A DNA stretch of 64,000 nucleotides, from positions 3,327-67,326 of the forward strand of contig JAGYLJ010000003.1 in the NCBI GenBank assembly GCA_018401295.1, in the 5' to 3' direction. This document shows, piece by piece, positions 57,701 through 64,000 of the stretch; position 1 is the first letter of the stretch; each line of letters begins with the position of its first letter. Source of the stretch: a bacterium. GTDB taxonomy: Bacteria > Patescibacteriota > Minisyncoccia > Phycocordibacterales > UBA12079. The position numbers and the translations under genes were made by a program. The notes under the pieces are model-generated. The model was not told the origin of the DNA. It saw only the letters and a list, made by a program, of their open reading frames with translations, and made no database searches.

Positions 57701-58389
57701 ATGTTATAAATGGCTTCCGCACCGATTTTAGCTTCAAACATCGCTCCATACTTCAATGAATACTTATTATAGGTAATTTCATCAAAAACTACCCCTAATT
57801 GGATATTTTCGATATCTCTTTTGACATTTAAAACTAACTCTTTAATTCTTTCTTTGTCTCCTTTGCTTTGTAAATTTTTTACCTTAGCCTTATATTCTGT
57901 TTCAACCTCACTTAAAATTCTTTTTTTCTCATCTTCATTTATACTAACAACAATATAACCAGCAAAATAAATTACTTTTCTTAAATCAGCCGCTGGAATA
58001 TCTAAAACTAAACCAATACGAGATGGGATCGATTTTAAAAACCAAATATGAGAAACTGGTACTGCTAACTCAATATGCCCCATTCTCTCCCTACGAACAA
58101 TAGACCTCGTTATCTCAACCCCACATTTTTCACAAGTAATACCTTTATATCTTATCCCCTTATATTTTCCACAATAACATTCATAATCTTTATCAGGACC
58201 AAAAACCTTCTCATCAAATAATCCATCCTTTTCACTCCTTTGGGTTCTGTAATTAATAGTTTCTGGTTTTTTAATCTCCCCGTGTGACCACTCTAAAATT
58301 TTTTCAGGTGAAGCCAACTTTAAAGTTATTAAATTAAAATCCGTTGAATAGGAATCTTTATTATTTATTTCTTTATTATTTACTGCCAT
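54703..58389 (-). CDS. rpoC: DNA-directed RNA polymerase beta' subunit
   Basis: NADFDGDQM-type catalytic loop (NADFDGDMMAVH) and a zinc finger (CYCGKYK...CEKCG). Confidence 0.95.
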   Translation of the reverse strand: MAVNNKEINNKDSYSTDFNLITLKLASPEKILEWSHGEIKKPETINYRTQRSEKDGLFDEKVFGPDKDYECYCGKYKGIRYKGITCEKCGVEITRSIVRRERMGHIELAVPVSHIWFLKSIPSRIGLVLDIPAADLRKVIYFAGYIVVSINEDEKKRILSEVETEYKAKVKNLQSKGDKERIKELVLNVKRDIENIQLGVVFDEITYNKYSLKYGAMFEAKIGAEAIYNICKQIDLEKLKEELENGLVKAGSIKTEKVNKRLELIESLIRSKTRPEWMFLTRVPVIPPALRPMVVLGGGRHATSDVNDLYRRVINRNNRLKKLQEINAPDVILRNEKRILQEAVDSLIDNSIKYTGSSSVMSQAQRRPLKSLSDNLKGKQGLFRQNLLGKRVDYSGRSVIVVGPDLNLDECGLPKFMALELFRPFVISRILKDELAHNIKWAGRLIEEGSPEVWAILEDVIKDKYVLLNRAPTLHRLGIQAFRPLLIEGMAIQVHPLVCSAFNADFDGDMMAVHVPLTNKAQAEAREIMAADKNILKPGTGSPIVDPKMDMALGCYWMTKVVEGDKRENKFFSSVNEAITACDFGVIDYGTLIKVLPSDSPRYAEFKGEVFETTAGRLLFNSILPKDYPYINDKVGKKEISQITNNLIKMYGMKNIAPVLGKIKDFGFKYATKSGITWGIDNVTIPKSKYEIVDRTKEKSNIVWSQYNDGLLTQDERRRKNIELWHAAKDELESLIPETLDKHGSAYNMWISGARGSLGQFTQMAGMRGLIQNTAGETIETPVISCLKEGLTPIEYFTTTHGSRKGLADTALNTSKAGYLTRKLFDVAQDVVIIEDDCGTNNYINLKKEQLSGIEISLAKNIRGRVLAKKIEDKEGKVLFKKGHLVTEDDAKTIEGLGIESVDVRSPMTCGTFRGICQKCYGTDFGTNELVDLGEAVGTIAAQAIGEPGTQLTMRTFHTGGTASVGGDITQGLPRVEEIFERRIPKSLATVSKINGIVTDFDEDSKERKLIIMPDIDSRSATAKGKQQVSYAIPYNRTLLVKIGDRVKKGDILTDGSADIAELFRYAGKEKAQEYIIRETIKIYELQGASTSRKHIEVIIKQMMSRKKIKSSGGTSLAVGSIVEDTELNRENVKAREAGLEEAKGISLVLGITETSLTRESFLSSVSFQNTTKMLINASIGGAVDDLVGLKENIIIGRLVPAGSGFEGSEKWKMIEEIDEPEEEIERS

Positions 58390-58441
58390 AATATTTTAGT
58401 TGCTTAGCTTTTATATGAACTTTTTTAACTAATTAAACCTT

Positions 58442-61400
58442 TTATTTAACTGTATCGACTTTAGACTTCTTAAGGTCTATATCTAAAGCTAAACCACGGA
58501 GATTATTTAATAATACATTAAAAGAAGCTGGGATATTCGGTTCAGGAATCTTCTTATCTTTTACAATAGCATCGAATGCTGCTGATCGACCAATAATATC
58601 ATCTGATTTTATCGTCAAAACTTCCCTTAAAATATGAGCTGTCCCGTGACCCAACAACGCCCAAACTTCCATCTCCCCAAATCTCTGACCTCCCTTCTGA
58701 GCTTTTCCACCTAATGGTTGTTGATTAATAAGAGAATAAGGCCCAACTGATCTCATATGCATTTTATCTTCAATCATATGGTGAAGCTTAAGAATATACA
58801 TATAACCAACGGCAATATTTTGATCAAAAGGTTCTCCTGTTAATCCATCATAAAGTGTCATTGTTCCGTTTCTTTCAAAGCCAGCTTTTTCAAGTTCATC
58901 TTTTATTTCTTCTTCTGTTGCTCCAGCAAAAGGAGGAACAATCGCCTGATAATTTAAATTATGTGCTGCCATACCAAGATGTAGTTCTAAAATTTGTCCG
59001 AGGTTCATACGAGAAGGCACACCTAATGGGGTTAAAATAATATCAATCGGCGTTCCATCTTTCATATATGGCATATCTTCTTGTGGAAGAATTTTTGAGA
59101 TAACTCCTTTATTTCCATGTCGTCCTGATAATTTGTCACCCACGGAAACGTTCCTCAAATGGGCCACCTCTACATAAATTCTCTTTATGACACCAGGTTC
59201 ATTTATTTCTCCTTTATCTCTAGAAAAAACCTTAACGCTCTTAACAAATCCTCGTTTACCCCCCTTAACTCTCAAAGATGTGTCTTTAACATCCTGTGCC
59301 TTTTCTCCAAAAATAGATTTAAGAAGTCTTTCTTCTGGGGTTAACTGTGTTTCTCCTTTTGGTGTAATCTTGCCAATCAAAATGTCACCTTGATTTACCT
59401 GAGACCCGATTCTAATTATCCCATCTTCATCTAAATTTTTTAATTTAGCCTCACCAACATTTGGAATATCGTGAGTTGTTATTTCTTCACCCAACTTAGT
59501 ATCTCGCACATCCTCTACAAACTCTTCAATATAAATAGAAGTAAACTTATCTTTCTTTACCAACCTATCAGAAATGATGATGGCATCCTCGTAATTAGCA
59601 CCATACCAAGACATGAAAGCCACCAAAATATTTTGTCCAAGTGCTATCTGACCATTATCGGTAGAAGAAATATCTGCCAAAATATCTCCTTTCTTTACTT
59701 TTTGGTTTAAATCAACAATAGGACGATTACTCAAAGACGAAAAATTATTTGTTCTCACAAAATTGACCAACTTATATTCATCCTCTTTTCCATCTTTCTT
59801 TTTTATTTTTATTGTCTTTGCATCAACAAAGGAAACTTCCCCTCCTTCTTTAGCTATAATAAGCCGGCCGGAATCTCTAGCTGCTTTCTCTTCAATCCCT
59901 GTAGCGACTAAAGGTGCGTCTGGAACAATACAAGGAACTGACTGTTTCTGCATGTTTGATCCCATCAAAGCTCTGTTGGCATCATCATGGTTAAGAAAAG
60001 GAATCATAGATGTGGCGACTGAAAAAGCCTGTTTAGTTGAAATATCCATAAAAGCAACATTCTGCCTTTCCACAATACCTAGTTTTCCACCAATTCTAAC
60101 TTCCACTATTTTTTCCTGGATAACATTATTATCATCTAAATTAATAGTAGCATCTGCAATATTAAACATTTCCTCGTCGGCAGCATTCAAATACTCAATT
60201 TCCCCTGTCACCTTACCGTCCTTCACTCTAGAATAGGGTGTTTCAATCATCCCAAATTCATTTACTTTAGCATAGTTAGCTAAATGCAAAATTAATCCGA
60301 TATTTTGACCTTCTGGTGTTTGAATCGGACAAATTCTTCCATAGTGAGATGGGTGTACGTCTCTAACTTCAATTCCAGCTCTTTCCCTCACTAAACCACC
60401 AGGACCTAAAGCAGAGACAGTTCTAAGATGCTCTAATTCTGCTAAGACATTATCTTGCAACATAAACTGAGAAAGTTGGTTAGTCGCAAAAAATTCTTTA
60501 ATCCTTGCTTGTAATGGCCGTGGGTTGATTAATTGCATTGGTAAAGTCACATCTACACCAATAATAGACATCCTGTCCTGAATATTTCTTTTTACTTGAT
60601 ACATCCCTACTCTAAATTTTTGCTGAACCATTTCACCAAAATATCTCAACCTTCTTGATCCTAAATGATCAATATCATCTTCTGTTGCGCCAGGAGTTCT
60701 GTTTAATTCTACAATATGTTCAATGGCTGTTACCAAGTCTTCAACAGAAATAGTTTTTCTCTCTAGTTCTTTTTTATCTAAAGATTTATCAAATCTTTTA
60801 TTAAAATAAAATCTCCCAACCTTATGTAAGTCATATTTCTCTTCACTCAATACTCCGTCTACGAATACTTTAGAGTGGCTAGCCGTGGTTAATTCTCCAT
60901 CCCTTAACCTTCTATGAATTTCTACATATGATGAATCAGTGTCCTTAGCTGGATCACTTTCTATTGATTTCTGAATGATTTCTTTAGCTTCCTTATCTTT
61001 AAAAAGAGAAACAATATCAGAACCTGTTGGAGCAACGACTCTCAACAAAGAACTAATTAAAAATTTTCTTTTTCTATCTATCTTAACGTAGATAAGACCA
61101 TCTGGTTCTGAATCAATCTCTATCCAGGCCCCTCTATAAGGAACTATCTTAACACCAAAATATCTACCTCCTTTTAATTCTTGAACTGTAAAAAACATAC
61201 CAAAAGATCTAGATAATTGCGGAACCACTACTCTTTCAACACCGTTTATAATAAAAGTCCCATGATCTGTCATCATAGGAAAATCAGTTAAAAAGATTTC
61301 TTGTTCTTTTTCTATTTTTAAGATTTTATTAGTTAACTTTACGTTAGCCTTGATAGTTGCTTGATAGGACTGTTTATTTTCTTTGGCATAAAACTCATCG

Positions 61401-61621
61401 TAATCAGGTTTTTTAAATTCAAAATCAATGAATTCCATTTTGAATTTTTTTCCAGAATAGTCTTCAATAGGTGTAAATTCTTTTAGAACTTCCTCAATTC
61501 CTCCATCCACAAATTTTTGGTATGAAACTAGTTGTGGTTCTACTAGGTTAGGAAGATCTATTAAAGGTTTCTTAAATTTATTAAAATACTTCTTCTCTCT
61601 CGCCTTTTTAGATGTATCCAT
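58442..61621 (-). CDS. rpoB: DNA-directed RNA polymerase beta subunit
   Basis: Full-length beta with ...GRHGNKGVISKI..., ...MNLGQILE... and a GEMEVWAL C-terminal motif. Confidence 0.95.
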   Translation of the reverse strand: MDTSKKAREKKYFNKFKKPLIDLPNLVEPQLVSYQKFVDGGIEEVLKEFTPIEDYSGKKFKMEFIDFEFKKPDYDEFYAKENKQSYQATIKANVKLTNKILKIEKEQEIFLTDFPMMTDHGTFIINGVERVVVPQLSRSFGMFFTVQELKGGRYFGVKIVPYRGAWIEIDSEPDGLIYVKIDRKRKFLISSLLRVVAPTGSDIVSLFKDKEAKEIIQKSIESDPAKDTDSSYVEIHRRLRDGELTTASHSKVFVDGVLSEEKYDLHKVGRFYFNKRFDKSLDKKELERKTISVEDLVTAIEHIVELNRTPGATEDDIDHLGSRRLRYFGEMVQQKFRVGMYQVKRNIQDRMSIIGVDVTLPMQLINPRPLQARIKEFFATNQLSQFMLQDNVLAELEHLRTVSALGPGGLVRERAGIEVRDVHPSHYGRICPIQTPEGQNIGLILHLANYAKVNEFGMIETPYSRVKDGKVTGEIEYLNAADEEMFNIADATINLDDNNVIQEKIVEVRIGGKLGIVERQNVAFMDISTKQAFSVATSMIPFLNHDDANRALMGSNMQKQSVPCIVPDAPLVATGIEEKAARDSGRLIIAKEGGEVSFVDAKTIKIKKKDGKEDEYKLVNFVRTNNFSSLSNRPIVDLNQKVKKGDILADISSTDNGQIALGQNILVAFMSWYGANYEDAIIISDRLVKKDKFTSIYIEEFVEDVRDTKLGEEITTHDIPNVGEAKLKNLDEDGIIRIGSQVNQGDILIGKITPKGETQLTPEERLLKSIFGEKAQDVKDTSLRVKGGKRGFVKSVKVFSRDKGEINEPGVIKRIYVEVAHLRNVSVGDKLSGRHGNKGVISKILPQEDMPYMKDGTPIDIILTPLGVPSRMNLGQILELHLGMAAHNLNYQAIVPPFAGATEEEIKDELEKAGFERNGTMTLYDGLTGEPFDQNIAVGYMYILKLHHMIEDKMHMRSVGPYSLINQQPLGGKAQKGGQRFGEMEVWALLGHGTAHILREVLTIKSDDIIGRSAAFDAIVKDKKIPEPNIPASFNVLLNNLRGLALDIDLKKSKVDTVK

Positions 61622-61920
61622 AAAAAAATTAATTTTAAATTAATATATAACTAGAAACTGGAAGTCAAAAATCTTTTATAAACTATACCTCTATGTGTTT
61701 CTTAAACTGACGATAAACAAATCCTATATAATATATAATATAAGATTTCACTATTTGATTTAATATAAACAAAAACAATACCAACAAAAAACGCTATACC
61801 GTATTTTGAAGGTAAATATTTAAATTAATTTGTAATTAAAACTCTAATCCGTAACTCAATAGGTCTCATAAACTACTAGCAAGTAGTCTACTTTATTTTA
61901 CTTATAATGTCAATTATTAT

Positions 61921-62400
61921 CTATTTCTGAACTTTGTTATCAATTTCCTCTGTTTCCAATTTTTCTTCAACTATTTCTTCCTCAATAATAGTATCTTCTC
62001 CAACAACTGGTTCCTCAACAATTATATCTTTTTTTAGCTCTTCTGTTTCCTTCTGAGGTTCATTTATAGCAACATCTTCCTTATTTACTTCCTCCTTCTT
62101 TTCAATATCCTCTGGGACGTCTTTTTTGATAGGTGTTTTCCTAGGCAAAACATTTATTTTTTTACCATCAATAACTTTTTCATTTACTAAGATATTATGA
62201 ACTGTGTCGGAAATTTGAGCTCCATTTTCAATCCAATATTTAACCCTCTCTCCTTTAACTTGTCTAACATCTGTTCTAGCATCATAAAAACCAAGATTTT
62301 CAATAAACTTTCCACTCTTAGGACCTTGACTGACTTCAGTCAAAACAACCCTGTAAGAGGGATCGTGCTTTCTGCCAACTCTTTGTAATCTAATTTTTAA
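61921..62400 (-). CDS. rpsP: Ribosomal protein bS16 with an acidic C-terminal extension of about 70 aa (start at MLKIRLQ; the track ORF extends 13 codons further upstream)
   Basis: MLKIRLQRVGRKHDPSYRVVL...GFYD. Confidence 0.8.
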   Translation of the reverse strand, partial: LKIRLQRVGRKHDPSYRVVLTEVSQGPKSGKFIENLGFYDARTDVRQVKGERVKYWIENGAQISDTVHNILVNEKVIDGKKINVLPRKTPIKKDVPEDIEKKEEVNKEDVAINEPQKETEELKKDIIVEEPVVGEDTIIEEEIVEEKLETEEIDNKVQK

Positions 62401-62481
62401 CATAACAAGTATACTATCAAAAACTATCGCCAAAATCAACTATTAGTTAAACTAATTAAACAAATCCTATAAAAATTTCTT

Positions 62482-63966
62482 CTAATTATTTCCTCCAACT
62501 TTAGGCCTCATTAAAGGGAAAAGGGTACCCTCTCTTCCAGAAACTCCTGCTAACAACCAAAATAGTCGTTCCCCAAAACCAAAACCGCAAGTGGGGGGCA
62601 TACCATATTCCAACATTTCTACAAATTCATCATCGGACATCATAGCTTCTTCATCCCCTTTCCTTAGTAATTCTTGTTGCTTATCAAATCTCTCTTTTTG
62701 ATCAATCGGGTCATTTAATTCTGAATATCCTCTCCCTATTTCTGAACCAGCTATGATTGGTTGAAACATTTCCACCACGTTTTGATTATCTACTTTTGAT
62801 TTTGCCAAAGGAGCAATTAATTTTGGGTGATTAATTAAAAAAGCAGGGCCAGCAATATTTTTACGGCAATATTTCCAAAGAGTATCTATCAACCTCTCCT
62901 TATTTTCTCCACCAGAATATTTAACCCCCAAATCATTCAACTTATTTTTAATCTCTTCGTCAGAAGCTAACCAAATATCAATGTTTGTTTGTTTTTGAAT
63001 TTCTTGAGAGTAATCAATTTCAACCCATTCATCTGCTAAATCAAATTCATAACCCCCTACTTTAAATTTAGTAGTTCCAAAAACGTCTTGAGCTATCTTA
63101 CGATACATTTCTTTCGCTAATTCCATCCCTTTTTTATAATCAGCAAAAGCCCAATAAAATTCCAAATTAGTAAATTCCTGTAAATGCTCCGCGCTGGTGC
63201 CCTCATTTCTAAATACTTTTCCTATTTCAAAAATTTTTTCAAAACCAGCAGCTATCAATCTCTTTTGCCATAACTCTCCCACAGAGATTCTTAAATATAA
63301 ATCAATATCAAAATCATTATGATGAGTTTTAAAAGGTCTAGCTTCTGCACCTCCTGTAGTTAATTCTAAAACTGGAGTTTCTACTTCAACAAAACCTTTC
63401 TCTTCAAAAAATTTTCTGACTACTTTCCAAAAGTTGGCTTTTTTAAAAAACAAAGCTTTAATTTCTGGATTCATTAAAATATCCAAATATCTTTTTCTAT
63501 ATCTCTCCTCTATATCTTTAATCCCATGCCATTTTTCAGGAAGAGGTCTTAAACTCTTAGTTAACATTTCCCAAGCAGACACAGCAACAGTTTGCTGACC
63601 CCTCTTTGTTACAAAAAGATTTCCTTCAACTAAAATAAAATCACCAATATCAACTGTTTCTATAAAAAGTTCAAAATTATCTTCTACAATTTTTACTTGC
63701 CCGTCCGTATGATTAGGGTCTTTTTTAATTAAACACTGTATCTTTCCAGTACCATCCAATAAATCAAAAAAATTTAATACCCCTTGGGAACGAAGCGACA
63801 TCACTCTCCCTACAATTCTTACTTTTCTACCCTCTTCAAAATTTTCAGAAACTTCTCCCAATGAAGAATCAAAATCAACCCGAGCAGGATAGGGATTAAC
63901 ACCTACTTCCATTAATTTTTTCTTCTTTTCTAGTCTTGTTTGTCTAATTTCATCTAGAGATGCCAT
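62482..63966 (-). CDS. lysS: Lysine--tRNA ligase (class II)
   Basis: N-terminal OB anticodon-binding domain; FRNEGTSAEHLQEFTNLEFY (motif 2); C-terminal GFGFGERL (motif 3 region). Confidence 0.9.
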   Translation of the reverse strand: MASLDEIRQTRLEKKKKLMEVGVNPYPARVDFDSSLGEVSENFEEGRKVRIVGRVMSLRSQGVLNFFDLLDGTGKIQCLIKKDPNHTDGQVKIVEDNFELFIETVDIGDFILVEGNLFVTKRGQQTVAVSAWEMLTKSLRPLPEKWHGIKDIEERYRKRYLDILMNPEIKALFFKKANFWKVVRKFFEEKGFVEVETPVLELTTGGAEARPFKTHHNDFDIDLYLRISVGELWQKRLIAAGFEKIFEIGKVFRNEGTSAEHLQEFTNLEFYWAFADYKKGMELAKEMYRKIAQDVFGTTKFKVGGYEFDLADEWVEIDYSQEIQKQTNIDIWLASDEEIKNKLNDLGVKYSGGENKERLIDTLWKYCRKNIAGPAFLINHPKLIAPLAKSKVDNQNVVEMFQPIIAGSEIGRGYSELNDPIDQKERFDKQQELLRKGDEEAMMSDDEFVEMLEYGMPPTCGFGFGERLFWLLAGVSGREGTLFPLMRPKVGGNN

Positions 63967-64000
63967 AGTTTATTTAACACTGATTATTTTATACTCTTGT

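Noticed and set aside
1-64000. CRISPR arrays, rRNA genes, transposases or integrases
   Set aside because: No evenly spaced short direct repeats, no rRNA-like conserved stretches, and no DDE or tyrosine-recombinase ORFs were seen in any frame of the provided track.

Overview
Low-GC (about 30-35% by eye), gene-dense bacterial segment with short intergenic spacers. Most genes are core housekeeping genes: argS (partial), dnaX, rnc, rpmF, dnaE, murJ, mraY, a DD-carboxypeptidase, scpB/scpA, groEL/groES, rmuC, a P-type ATPase, lepA, truB-like, fba, hisS, tsaC, a UvrD-type helicase-nuclease, rpoD, dnaG, rpoC, rpoB, rpsP and lysS. The Lys-rich or acidic extensions on L32, S16, GroES and sigma-70, the O-antigen-ligase/TPR protein, the reduced metabolism and the many small membrane proteins suggest (inference only) an ultra-small, host-associated bacterium of the Patescibacteria/CPR type. 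Five tRNA genes are recognisable by cloverleaf: Gln-UUG, Glu-CUC, Phe-GAA, Arg-CCU and Gly-CCC. The unusual content is: (i) a GC-rich island at about 3.85-7.7 kb containing tRNA-Gln and envelope-type genes; (ii) two loci, around tRNA-Glu and around tRNA-Phe/Arg/Gly, full of partial tRNA copies and roughly 200-bp-offset direct repeats of tRNA 3' ends, with a small GC-rich HNH endonuclease next to the second; (iii) a recurring composite intergenic element, with ATAAAGTC repeats, a GC-N3-GC-tipped hairpin and GACTTT repeats, duplicated in front of both groES and groEL and again beside lepA; (iv) fusion or extended proteins, namely NusB-Nudix, helicase plus Cas4-like nuclease, and Lys-rich sigma-70; (v) isolated GC-rich single genes (RlpA-LysM, an 86-aa protein with a perfect terminator, an HNH). 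No CRISPR array, rRNA, transposase or integrase is visible.
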